From positions 35,278,001 to 35,342,000 of the forward strand of contig OZ024748.1 in assembly GCA_964016885.1 (NCBI GenBank): a stretch of DNA of 64,000 nucleotides, read 5' to 3'. The translations under genes were made by a program, and so were the position numbers. Under the pieces are notes generated by a model. That model was given only the letters and a program-made list of their open reading frames with translations, had not been told where the DNA came from and did no database searches. This document shows, one piece after another, positions 1-14,100 of the stretch (its first letter is position 1; every line of letters starts with the position of its first letter). This DNA comes from Eledone cirrhosa (taxonomy: Eukaryota).

Positions 1-1331
1 ACCCAGTATAAATGGTATATCCCAGCTGTGGTAGGGTGTGGTAGATTCTACACACCAGTCTAGGTGGTATATCTCAGCTGGGGTACGGAGTGATAGACTC
101 TACACCCCAGTCTTAGTGGTATATCACAACTGTGGTAGGGAGTGGTAGACACTACACCCCAGTCCATGTGGTATGTCTTACATCTGGTAAGGAGTGACAA
201 ACTCTACACCCCAGTCCAGGTGGTATATCTCCTCTGTGGTAGGCAGTGATAGTCTCTACATCCCATTCTAGGTGGTATATCTCAGCTGTGGTAGCGAGTG
301 ACAGACTCTACACCCCAGGCTAGATGGTATATCTTACATCTGGTAGGGAGTGACAGACTCTACACCCTAGTCTAGGTGGTATATCTTACATGTGGTAGGG
401 TGTGACAAACTCTACACTCCAGTCTAGGTGCTATATCTCAGCTGTGGGAGGGAGTGACAGACTCTACACCCCAGTCTATGTGGTATATCTCAGCTGTTGT
501 AGGGAGTGACAGACTCTACCCCCTAGTTATTGTGCTATAGCTCAACTGTGACAGGCTCTACACCCCCAGTCTAGGTGGTATATTTCAGCTGTGGTAGGAA
601 ATGACAGACTCTACATCCCACTCTAGGTGGTATATCTCAACTGTGGTAGGGAGTGAAAAACTCTGCATCCCAATCTAGGTGGTATATCTCAGTTGTGGTA
701 GTGAGTGACAGACTTTACACCCCAGTCTAGGTGGTATATCTCAGCTGTGGTAGGGTGTGATAGACTCTACAGCCAGTCTAGATGGTATATCTCAGCTGTG
801 GTAGGGAGTGACAGACTCTACATCACAGTCTAGGTGGTATATCTTTCATGTGGTAGGGAGTGACAGACTCTACACCCGACTCTAGGTGGTATATCTCAGC
901 TGTGTTAGTGAGTGACAAACTCTACACCCCCGTCTATTTGGTATATCTCAGCTGTGGTAGGGTGTGGTAGACTCTACACCCTAGTCTAGCTGGTAGATCT
1001 CAGATGTGGTAGGGAGTGACAGACTCTACATCCCAGTCTAGGTGGTATATCTCAGCTGGAGTACGGAGTGACAGACTCTACATCCCATTCTAGGTGGTAT
1101 ATCTTACATGTGTTAGGATGTGACAAACTCTACACCCCAGTCTAAGTGGTATATCTCAGCTGTGGTTGGGAGTTGCAGACTCTACACCCCAGTCTAGTTG
1201 GTATATCTCAGCTGTCGTATGGAGTGACAGAGTCTCTACCCCAGTCTAGGTGGTATATTTCAGTGTGTGGTAGGAAGTGACACACTCTACATCCCACTCT
1301 AGGTGGTATATCTCAGGTGTGGGAGGGAGTA

Positions 1332-2121
1332 ACAGACTCTACACCCCAGTCTAGGTGGTATACCTCAGCTGTGGTAGGGAGTGAAAGACTCAGCACCCCA
1401 GTCTAGGTGGTATATCTCAGCTGTGGTAGACTCTACATCCAAGTCTAGCTGGTATATCTCAGCTGTGGTAATGAAGTGACAGACTCTACACCCCACTCAA
1501 ATGGTATACCGCAGCTGTGGTAGTGAGTGATAGCCTCTACACACCCTCTAGGTTGTATATCTCAGCTGTGGTAGGGTGTGGTAGACCCTACATTCTAGTC
1601 TATGTGGTATATCTCAGCTGTTGTAGGGAGTGGTAAACATTACACCCCAGTCTAGGTGGTATATATCAGCTGTGGTAGGGAGTGACAGACTCTATACCCT
1701 AGTTTGCTTTGTATACCTCAACTGTGACAGACTCTACACCCCAGTCTAGGTGGTATACCTCAGCTGTGGTAGGGAGTGAAAGACTCAGCACCCCAGTCTA
1801 GGTGGTATATCTCAGCTGTGGTAGACTCTACATCCAAGTCTAGCTGGTATATCTCAGCTGTGGTAATGAAGTGACAGACTCTACACCCCACTCAAATGGT
1901 ATACCGCAGCTGTGGTAGTGAGTGATAGCCTCTACACACCCTCTAGGTTGTATATCTCAGCTGTGGTAGGGTGTGGTAGACCCTACATTCTAGTCTATGT
2001 GGTATATCTCAGCTGTTGTAGGGAGTGGTAAACATTACACCCCAGTCTAGGTGGTATATATCAGCTGTGGTAGGGAGTGACAGACTCTATACCCTAGTTT
2101 GCTTTGTATACCTCAACTGTG
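1332..2121. repeat. 395-bp tandem duplication within the satellite (2 copies)
   Basis: Rare variants recur at offset 395: GTGAAAGACTCAGCAC at 1381/1776 and ATGAAGTGAC at 1471/1866. Confidence 0.9.
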
Positions 2122-5100
2122 ACAGACTCTACACCCCCTGTCTAGGTGGTATATCTCAGCTGTGGTAGGGAGTGACAGACTCTACACCCCAGTCCAGGTG
2201 GTATAACTCAGCTGTGGTAGGGTGTGACAAACTCTACATCCCAATCTAGGTGGTATATCTCAGCTGCGATAGGGAGTGACAGACTCTACACCCCAGTCTA
2301 TGTCGTATATCTCAGCTGTTGTAGGGAGTGACAGACTCTACACACCAGTCTAGGTGGAATATCTCAGCTGTGGTAGTGAGTGACAGACTCTACACCCCAG
2401 TCTAGATGGTATATCTCAGCTGTGGTAGGGTGTGGTAGACTCTACACCCCAGTCTAGGTGGTATATCTCAGCTGTGATAGTGAGTGACAGACTCTACACC
2501 CGTCTCGGTGGTATATCTCAGCTGTGGTAGGGAGTGGTAGATTCTACACCCCAGTGTAGGTGGTATATCTCCGAAGTGGTAGGGAGTGACAGACTCTACA
2601 CCCCAGTCTATGTGGTATATCTCAGCTGTGGTAGTGAGTGACAGACTCTACACCCCAGTCTAGGTGGTATATCTCAACCGTGGTAGGGAGTGACAGACTC
2701 TACACCCCAGTCTAGGTGGTATATCTAAGCAGTGATAGTGAGTGACAGACGCTACAGCCCAGTCTAGGTGGTATATTTCAGCTGTGGTAGGGTGTGACAA
2801 ACTCTACATCCCAGTGTAGGTGGTATATCTTAGCTGCGATAGGGAGTGATAGACTCTACACCCCAGTCTAGGTGGTATATCTCATTGTGGGACGGAGTGA
2901 CAGACTCTACACCTCAGTCTATGTGGTATATTTCAGCTGTTGTAGGGAGTAGTAAACATTACACCCCAGTCTAGGTGGTATATCTCAGCTGTGGTAGGGA
3001 GAGACAGACTCTACACCCTAGTTTGTGTGGTATACCTCAACTGTGACAGACTCCCAGACTAGGTGGTATACAACAGCTGTGGTAGGCAATGACAGACTCT
3101 ACACCCCAGTCTAGGTGGTATAACTCAGTTGTGGGAGGGAGTGATAGACTCTACACACAATCTAGGTGGTATATCTCAGCTGTGGTAGGGTGTGGTAGAC
3201 CCTACACCCTAGTCTAGGTGGTAGATCTCAGATGTGATAGACAGTGACAGACTCTACACCCCATTCTAGGTGGTATATCTCAGCTATGGTAGGGAGTGAT
3301 AGACTCTACACCCACTCTAGATGGTATATCTCAGCTCTGGTAGGGTGTGGTAGACTCTACACCCGAGTCTAGGTGGTAGATCTCAGATGTGGTAGGGAGT
3401 GACAGACTCTACACCACAGTCTAGGTGGTATATCTTACATGTGGTAGGGTATGACAAATTCTACACCTCAGTCTAGATGGTATATCTAAGATGTGGTAGG
3501 GAGTGATAGACTCTACACCCCAGTCTAGGTGGTATATCTCAGCTGTGGTAGGGAGTGATAGACTCTACACCCAGTCTAGGTGGTATATCTCAGCTGTGGT
3601 AGGTTGTGGTAGAGTCTACACCATTGACTAGGTGGTAGATCTCAGATGTATGAGGGAGTGACAGACACTGCACCCCAGTCTAGGTGATATAACTCAGTTG
3701 TGGGAGGGAGTGATAGACTCTACACACTAGTCTAGGTGGTAGATCTCAGATGTGGTAGGGAGTGACAGATTCTACACCCCAGTCTAGGTGGTATATCTCA
3801 GCTGGTGTACGGAGTGACAGACTCTACACTCCAGTCTAGGTGGTATATCCCAGCTGTGGTAAGGAGTGACAGACTCTACACCCCATTCTAGGTGGTATAT
3901 CTCAGCTCTGGTAGGGTGTGACAAACTCTACATCCTAGTCTAGGTGGTATATCTCAGATGTGGTAGTGAGTGGAAGACTCTACACCCCAGTCTAGGTGGT
4001 ATATCTCCGTTGTGGTAGGGAGTTACAGTCTCTACACCCCAGTCTCGGTGGTATATCTCAGCTGTTGTAGGGTGTGGTAGACCCTACACCCTAGTCTAAG
4101 TGGTAGATCTCAGATGTGGTAGGGAGTGACAGACTCTACACCCCAGTCAAGGTGGTATATCTTACATTTGGTAGGGAGTGACAGACTCTACACCCCAGTC
4201 TAGGTGGTATATCTTACATGTGGTAGGGTGTGACAAACTCTACACCCAAGTCTAGGTGGAATATCTCAGCTGTGGGAGGGAGTGACAGACTCTACACCCC
4301 AGTCTAGGTGGTATATCTTATCTGTGGTAGGCTGTGATAGACTCTACACCCAATCTAGATGGTATATATAAGATGTGGTAGGGTGTAGTAGACTCTACAA
4401 CCTAGTCTAGGTGGTAGATTTAAGATGTGGTAGGGAGTGACAGACTCTACACATCAGTCTAGGTGGTATATCTCAGCTGGGGTACGGAGTGATAGACTCT
4501 ACACCCCAGTCTAGGCGGTATACCACAGCTGTGGTTGGGAGTGACAGACTCTACACCTTACCCTAGGTGGTATATCTCAGCTGTGGGAGGGAGTGACAGA
4601 CTCTACACCCCACTCTAGATAGTATATCTCAGCTGTGGTAGAGTGTGGTAGACTCTACAGCCTAGTCTAGGTGGTAGATCTCAGATGTGGTAGGGAGTGA
4701 CAGACTCTACACCCCAGTCTAGGTGGTATATCTTACATGTGGTAGGGATTGACAGACTCTACACCCCAGTCTAGGTGGTATATCTTACATGTGGTAGGGT
4801 GTGACAAACTCTACACCCCAGTCTAGGTGGTATATCTCAGTTGTGGTAGTGAGTGACAGACTCTACACCCCAGTCTATGTGGTATATCTCAGCTGTTGTA
4901 GGGCGTGACAGACTCTACAACCTAGTTTTTGTGGTATAGCTCAACTGTGACAGACTCTACACCCCCGGTCTAGATGGTATAACACAGCTGTGGTAGTGAG
5001 TGACAGACTCTACAACCCTCTCTAGGTGGTATATCTCAGCTGTGGTAGGGAGTGATAGACTCTACACCCAATCTAGATGGTATATCTAAGATGTGGTAGG

Positions 5101-8100
5101 GTGTAGTAGACTCTACAACCTAGTCTAGGTGGTAGATTTCAGATGTGGTAGGGAGTGACAGACTCTACACATCAGTCTAGGTGGTATATCTCAGCTGGGG
5201 TACGGAGTGATAGACTCTACACCCCAGCCTGGCTGGTATAACTCAGATGTGGTAGGGAGTGACAGACTCTATACACAGTCTAGGTGGTATATCTCAGACG
5301 TGGTAGGGAGTGACAGACTCTACACCCCAGTCTAGGTGGTATATCCTACATGTGGTAGGGCGTGACAAACTCTACACCCCAGTCTAGGGGGTATATCTCA
5401 GCTGTGGCAGTGAATGACAGACTCTACACCCCAGTCCAGGTGGTATATCTCAGATGTTGTAGGGAGTGGTAGACTCTACTCCCCTGTCTAGGTGGTATAT
5501 CTCAGCTCTGGTAGGGAGTGATAGACTCTACACACAGTCTAGATGGTATATCTCAGCTGTGGTAGGGTGTGGTAGATTCTACACCCTAGTCTAGGTGGTA
5601 GATCTCAGATGTGGTAGGGAATGACAGATTCTACACACCAGTCTAGGTGGTATATCTTACATGTGGTAGGGAGTGAAAGACTCTACGCCCCAGTCTAGGT
5701 GGTATATCTCAGCTGTGGTAGGGGGTGACAGACTCTACACCCCAGTCTAGGTGGTATATCTCCACTGTGGTAGGGAGTGACAAACTCTACACCCCAGTCT
5801 AGGTGGTATATCTCAGCTGTGGTAGGGAGTGACAGACTCTACACCCCAGTCTAGGTGGTATATCTTACATGTGGTAGGGAGTGACAGACTCTACACCCCA
5901 GTCTAGGTGGTATATTTATCATGTGGTAGGTTTTGACAAACTCTACACCCCAGTCTAGGTGGTATATCTCAGCTGTGGTAGTGAGTGACAGACTCTACAC
6001 CCCAGTCTAGGTGGTATATCTTACTTGTGGGAGGGAATGACAGACTCTACACCTCAGTCTATGTGGTATATCTCAGCTGTTGTAGGGAGTGGTAAACATT
6101 ACACCCCAGTCTAGGTGGTATATCTCAGCTGTGGTAGGGAGTGACAGACTCTACACCACCTTCTATGTGGTATATCTCAGCTGTGGTAGTGAGCAACAGA
6201 TTTTACACGACAGTCTAGGTAGTATATCTCAGCTGTGGTAGGGTCTGATAGATTCTACACCCAGTCTAGATGGTATATCTCAGCCGTGGTAGGGAGTGAC
6301 GGACTCTACAACACAGTCTAGGTGGTATATCTTACATGTGGTAGGGAGTGACAGACTCTACACCCCACTCTAGGTGGTATATCTCAGCTGTGTTAGTGAG
6401 TGACAGACTCTACACCCCACTCTATTTGGTATATCTCAGCTGTGGTAGGGTGTGGTAGACTCTACACCCTAGTCTAGGTGGTAGATCTCAGATTTGGTAG
6501 GGAGTGACAGCCTCTACACCCCAGTCTAGGTGGTATATCTTACATGTGGTAGGGAGTGACAGACTCTACACTCCAGTCTAGGTGGTATATCTCAGCTGTG
6601 GTAGGGAATGACAGACTCTACACCCCATTCTAGGTGGTATATCTCAGTCCTGGTAGGGTGTGACAACCTCTATACACCTGTCTAGGTGGTATATCTCAGC
6701 TGTGGTAGGGAGTGGTAGACTCTACTCCCCATCTAGGTGGTATATCTCAGCTGTGGTAGGGAGTGACAGACTCTACACCCCAGTCTAGGTGGTATATCTT
6801 ACATGTGGTAGGGTGTGACAAACTCTACACCCCAGTCTAGGTGGTATATCTCAGCTGTGGTAGTGAGTGACAGACTCTACACCCCAGTTTAGGTGGTATA
6901 TCTCAGCTGTGGTAGGGTCAGATAGACTCAACACCCAGTATAGATGGTATATCTCAGCTGTGGTAGGGTGTGGTAGACTCTACACCCCAGTCTAGGTTGT
7001 ATATCTTAGCTATGGTAGGGTGTGGTAGACACTACACCCCAGTCTAGGTGGTATAATTTACATGTGGTAGGGTGTCCCAAAATCTACACCCCGGTCTAGG
7101 TGGTATATCTGAGCTGTGGTAGGGAGTGGTAGACTCTACAACCCAGTCTAGGTGTTAAACCTCAGCTGTGTAGTGAGTGACAGACACTACACCCCTTTCT
7201 AGATGGTATATCTTACATCTGGTAGGGAGTGACAAACTCTACACCCTAGTCGAGGTGGTATATTTCAGTTGGGAGTGGCAGACTCTACACCCCAGTCTAG
7301 GTGGTATATCTCCTCTGTGGTAGGCAGTGATAGACTCTACATCCCATTCTAGGTGGTATATCTCAGCTGTGGTAGCGAGTGACAGACTCTACACCCCAGT
7401 CTAGATGGTATATCTTACATCTGGTAGGGAGTGACAGACTCTACACCCCAGTCTAGGCGGTATATCTCAGCTGTGTTTGGGAGTTGCAGACTCTACACCC
7501 CAGTCTGGGTGGTATATTTCAGCTGTGGTAGGATGTGACAGACTCTACATCCCACTATAGGTGGTATATCTCAGCTGTGGTAGGGAGTGAAAGACTCTGC
7601 ATCCCAGTCTAGGTGGTATATCTCAGCTGTGGTAGGGAGTGACAGACTCTACACCACATTCTAGGTGGTATATCTCAGCTGTGGTAGTGAGCGACAGATT
7701 TTACACCCCAGTCTAGGTGGTATATCTCAGCTGGGGTAGGGTGTGACAGACTCTACACCACAGTCTAGGTTGTATATCTCAGAAGTGGTAGGGAGTGACA
7801 GACTCTACACCCCACTCTAGGTGGTATATCTCAGCTGTGTTATTGAGTGACAGACTCTACACCCCAGTCTATTTGGTATATCTCAGCTGTGGTAGGGTGT
7901 GGTAGACTCTACACCCTAGTCTAGGTGGTAGATCTCAGATTTGGTAGGGAGTGACAGACTCTACATCCCAGTCTAGGTGGTATATCTTACATGTGGTAGG
8001 GAGTGACAGACTCTACACCCCAGTCTAGGTGGTATATCTTACATGTGGTAGGGTGTTACAAACTCTACACCCCTGTCTAGGTGGTATATCTCAGCTGTGG

Positions 8101-11100
8101 TAGGGAGTGATAGACTCTACACCCAGTCTAGATGGTATATCTCAGCTGTGGTAGTGTGTGGTAGACTCTACACACTAGTCTAGGTGGTAGATCTCAGATG
8201 TGGTAGGGAGTGACAGACTCTACACCCCAGTCTAGGTGGTATATCCCAGCTGTGGTAGGGAGTGACATACTCTACACCCCATTCTAGGTGGTATATCTCA
8301 GCTCTGGTAGGGTGTGACAACCTCTACACAACTGTCTAGGTGGTATATCTCAGCTGTGGTAGGGAGTGGTAGACTCTACACCCCAGTCTAGGTGTTATAC
8401 CTCAGCTGTGGTAGGGAGTGACAGACACTACTTCCCAGTCTAGGTGGTATACCTCAGCTGGAAGTGGCAGACTCTACACCCCAGTCTAGGTGGTATAACT
8501 CAGTTGTGGGAGGGAGTGATAGACACTATACGCAGTCTAGGTGGTATATCTCAGCTGTGGTAGGGTGTGGTAGACCCTACACCCTAGTCTAGCTGGTAGA
8601 TCTAAGATTTGGTAGGGAGTGACAGACTCTACACTCCAGTCTAGGTGGTATATCTCAGCTGTGGTAGGGAGTGGTAGACTCTTCTCCCCAGTCTAGGTGG
8701 TATATCTCCGCTGTGGTAGGGAGTGACAGACACTACACCCCAGTCTTTGTGGTATATCTCAGCTGTGGTAGGGAGTGACAGACTCTACACCACAGTCTAG
8801 GTGGTATATCTCAGCTGTGGTAGGGAGTGACAGACTCTACACCACAGTCTAGGTGGTATATCTCAGCTGTGGTAGGGAGTGATAGACTCTACACCCAGTC
8901 TAGATGGTATATCTCAGCTGTGGTAGGGTGTGGTAGACTCTACACCCTAGTCTAGGTTGTAGATCTCAGATGTGGTAGGGAGTGACAGACTCTACACCCC
9001 AGTCTAGGTGGTATATTTTACATGTGGTAGGGAGTGACAGACTCTACACCCCAGTCTAGGTGGTATATCTTAAATGTGGTAGGGTGTGACAACTCTACAC
9101 CCCAGTCTAGGTGGTATATCTCAGCTGTGGTAGTGAGTGACAGACTCTACACCGCAGTCTAGGTGGTATACCTCAGCTGTGGTCGAGAGTGATAGACTCT
9201 ACACCCAGTCTAGGTGGTATATCCCAGCTGTGGTAGGGAGTGATAGACTCTACACCCCATTCTAGGTGGTATATCTCAGCTCTGGTAGGGTGTGACAAAC
9301 TCTACATCCCAGTCTAGGTGGTATATCTCAGATGTGGTAGTGAGTGGAAGACTCTACACCCCAGTCTAGGTGGTATATCTCCGTTGTGGTAGGGAGTTAC
9401 AGTCTCTACACCCCAGTCTCGGTGGTATATCTCAGCTGTTGTAGGGTGTGGTAGACCCTACACCCTAGTCTAAGTGGTAGATCTCAGATGTGGTAGGGAC
9501 TGACAGACTCTACACCCCAGTCAAGGTGGTATATCTTACATTTGGTAGGGAGTGACAGACTCTACACCCCAGTCTAGGTGGTATATCTTACATGTGGTAG
9601 GGTGTGACAAACTCTACACCCCAGTCTAGGTGGTATATCTCAGCTGTGGGAGGGAGTGACAGACTCTACACCCCAGTCTAGGTGGTATATCTTATCTGTG
9701 GTAGGCTGTGATAGACTCTACACCAATTCTAGATGGTATATCTAAGATGTGGTAGGGTGTAGTAGACTCTACAACCTAGTCTAGGTGGTAGATTTCAGAT
9801 GTGGTAGGGAGTGACAGACTCTACACATCAGTCTAGGTGGTATATCTCAGCTGTGGTAGGGAGTGGTAGATTCTACACCCCAGTCTAGGTGGTATATCTC
9901 AGCTGGGGTATGGGGTGATAGACTCTACACCCCAGTCTAGGCGGTATACCACAGCTGTGGTTGGGAGTGACAGACTCTACACCTTACTCTAGGTGGTATA
10001 TCTCAGCTGTGGGGGGGAGTGACAGACTCTACACCCCACTCTAGATAGTATATCTCAGCTGTGGTAGAGTGTGGTAGACTCTACAACCTAGTCTAGGTGG
10101 TAGATCTCAGATGTGGTAGGGAGTGACAGACTCTACACCCCAGTCTAGGTGGTATATCTTACATGTGGTAGGGAGTGACAGACTCTACACCCCACTCTAG
10201 GTGGTATATCTCAGCTGTGTTAGTGAGTGACAGACTCTACACCCCACTCTATTTGGTATATCTCAGCTGTGGTAGGGTGTGGTAGACTCTACACCCTAGT
10301 CTAGGTGGTAGATCTCAGATTTGGTAGGGAGTGACAGCCTCTACACCCCAGTCTAGGTGGTATATCTTACATGTGGTAGGGAGTGACAGACTCTACACTC
10401 CAGTCTAGGTGGTATATCTCAGCTGTGGTAGGGAATGACAGACTCTACACCCCATTCTAGGTGGTATATCTCAGACCTGGTAGGGTGTGACAACCTCTAT
10501 ACACCTGTCTAGGTGGTATATCTCAGCTGTGGTAGGGAGTGGTAGACTCTACTCCCCAGTCTAGGTGGTATATCTCAGCTGTGGTAGGGAGTGACAGACT
10601 CTACACCCCAGTCTAGGTGGTATATCTTACATATGGTAGGGTGTGACAAACTCTACACCCCAGTCTAGGTGGTATATCTCAGGTGTGGTAGTGAGTGACA
10701 GACTCTACACCCCAGTTTAGGTGGTATATCTCAGCTGTGGTAGGGTCAGATAGACTCAACACCCAGTATAGATGGTATATCTCAGCTGTGGTAGGGTGTG
10801 GTAGACTCTACACCCCAGTCTAGGTGGTATATCTTAGCTATGGTAGGGTGTGGTAGAAACTACACCCCAGTCTAGGTGGTATATCTTACATGTGGTAGGG
10901 TGTCCCAAAATCTACACCCCTGTCTAGGTGGTATATCTGAGCTGTGGTAGGGAGTGGTAGACTCTACAACCCAGTCTAGGTGTTAAACCTCAGCTGTGTA
11001 GGGAGTGACAGACACTACACCCCTTTCTAGATGGTATATCTTACATCTGGTAGGGAGGGACAAACTCTACACCGCAGTCCAGGTGGTATATTTCAGTTGG

Positions 11101-14100
11101 GAGTGGCAGACTCTACACCCCAGTCTAGGTGGTATATCACCTCTGTGGTAGGCAGTGATAAAACTCTACATCCCATTCTAGGTGGTATATCTCAGCTGTG
11201 GTAGTGAGTGACAGACTCTACACCCCAGTCTAGATGGTATATCTTACATCTGGTAGGGAGTGACAGACTCTACACCCCTGTCTAGGCGTTATATCTCAGC
11301 TGTGTTTGGGAGTTGCAGACTCTACACCCCAGTCTGGGTGGTATATTTCAGCTGTGGTAGGATGTGACAGACTCTACATCCCACTATAGGTGGTATATCT
11401 CAGCTGTGGTAGGGAGGGAAAGACTCTACTCCCCAGTCTATTTGGTATATCTCAGCTGTGGTAGGGTGTGGTAGACTCTACACCCTAGTCTAGGTGGTAG
11501 ATCACAGATTTGGTAGGGAGTGACAGATTCTACATCCCAGTCTAGGTTGTATATCTTACATGTGGTAGGGAGTGACAGACTCTACACCCCAGTCTAGGTG
11601 GTATATCTTACATGTGGTAGGGTGTGACAAACTCTACACCCCTGTCTAGGTGGTATATCTCAGCTGTGGTAGTGAGTGACAGACTCTACACCCCAGTCTA
11701 GTTGGTATATCTCAGCTGTGGTAGAGAGTGATAGACTCTACACCCAGTCTAGATGGTATATCTCAGCTGTGGTAGTGTGTGGTAGACTCTACACACTAGT
11801 CTAGGTGGTAGATCTCAGATGTGGTAGGGAGTGACAGACTCTACACCCCAGTCTAGGTGGTATATCCCAGCTGTGGTAGGGAGTGACAGACTCTACACCC
11901 CACTCTAGGTGGTATATCTCAGCTCTGGTAGGGTGTGACAGACACTACTTCCCAGTCTAGGTGGTATACCTCAGCTGTGGTAGGGAGTGGTAGACTCTAC
12001 ACCCCAGTCTAGGTGTTATACCTCAGCTGTGGTAGGGAGTGACAGACACTACTTCCCAGTCTAGGTGGTATACCTCAGCTGGAAGTGGCAGACTCTACAC
12101 ACCAGTCTAGGTTGTATATCTCAGATGTGTTAGGGAGTCACAGACTCTACACCCCAGTCTAGGTGGTATAACTCAGTTGTGGGAGGGAGTGATAGACACT
12201 ATACGCAGTCTAGGTGGTATATCTCAGCTGTGGTAGGGTGTGGTAGACCCTACACCCTACTCTAGCTGGTAGATCTAAGATTTGGTAGGGAGTGACAGAC
12301 TCTACACCCCAGTCTAGGTGGTATATTTTACATGTGGTAGGGAGTGACAGACTCTACACCACAGTCTAGGTGGTATATCTCAGCTGTGGTAGGGAGTGGT
12401 AGACTCTACACCCTAGTCTAGGTTGTAGATCTCAGATGTGGTAGGGAGTGACAGACTCTACACCCCAGTCTAGGTGGTATATTTTACATGTGGTAGGGAG
12501 TGACAGACTCTACACCCCAGTCTAGGTGGTATATCTTAAATGTGGTAGGGTTTGACAACTCTACACCCCAGTCTAGGTGGTATATCTCAGCTGTGGTAGT
12601 GAGTGACAGACTCTACACCGCAGTCTAGGTGGTATACCTCAGCTGTGGTCGAGAGTGATAGACTCTACACCCAATCTAGATGGTATATCTCAGCTGTGGT
12701 AGGCTGTGGTAGACTCTACACCCTAGTCTAGGTTGTAGATCTCAGATGTGGTAGGGAGTGACAGACTCTACACCCCAGTCTAGGTGGTATATTTTACATG
12801 TGGTAGGGAGTGACAGACTCTACACCCCAGTCTAGGTGGTATATCTTAAATGTGGTAGGGCGTGACAAACTCTACACCCCAGTCTAGGGGGTATATCTCA
12901 GCTGTGGTAGTGAATGACAGACACTACACCCCAGTCCAGGTGGTATATCTAAACCGTGGTAGGGAGTGACAGACTCTACATCCCAGTCTAGGTGGTATAT
13001 CTTACATGTGGTAGGGAGTGATAGACTCTACACCCCAGTCTAGGTGGTATATCTCAGCTGTGGTAGTGTGTGGTAGACTCTACATACTAGTCTAGGTGGT
13101 AGATCTCAGATGTGGTAGGGAGTGACAGACTTTACACCCCAGTCTATGTGGTATATCACAGCTGGGGTAGGGAATGACAGACTCTACACCCCATTCTAGG
13201 TGGTATATCTCAGCTCTGGTAGGGTGTGACAACCTCTACACAACTGGCTAGGTGGTATATCTCAGCTGTGGTAGGGAGTTGTAGACTCTAAACCCCAGTC
13301 TAGGTGTTATACATCAGCTGTGGTAGGGAGTGAGAGACTCTACACCCCAGTCTAGGTGGTATATCTCAGCTGTGGTAGGGAGTGACAGACTCTACACCAC
13401 AGTCTAGGTGGTATATCTCAGCTGTGGTAGGGAGTGATAGACTCTACACCCAGTCTAGATGGTATATCTCAGCTGTGGTAGGGTGTGGTAGACTCTACAC
13501 CCTAGTCTGGGTTGTAGATCTCACATGTGGTAGGGAGTGACAGACTCTACACCCCAGTCTAGGTGGTATATCTCAGCTGTGGGAGGGAGTGACAGACACT
13601 ACACCCCAGTCTAGGTGGTATATCTCAGCTGTGGTAGGGAGTGACAGTCGCTACACCCCAGTCTAGGGTATATCTCAGCAGTGGTAGGTTGCGAAAAATT
13701 CTACACCCCAGTCTAGGCTGTCTATCTCAGCTGTGGGAGGGAGTGACAGACTCTACACCCCAGTCTATGTGGTATATCTCAGCTGTTGTAGGGAGTGGTA
13801 AACATTACACCCCACTCTAGGTGGTATATCTCAGCTGTGGTAGGGAATGACAGACTCTACACCCTAGTTTGTGTGGTATACGTCAACTGTGACAGACTCG
13901 ACACCCCCGTCTAGGTGGTATACCACAGCTGTTGTAGTGAGTGACATACTCTACACCCCTCTCTAGGTTGTATATCTCTGCTGTGGTAGGGAGTGACAGA
14001 CTCTACACCCCTCTCTAGGTGGTATATCTCAGATGTGTTAGGGAGTGACAGACTCTACACCCCAGTCTAGGTGGTATATCTCAGCTCTGGTAGGGAGTGA

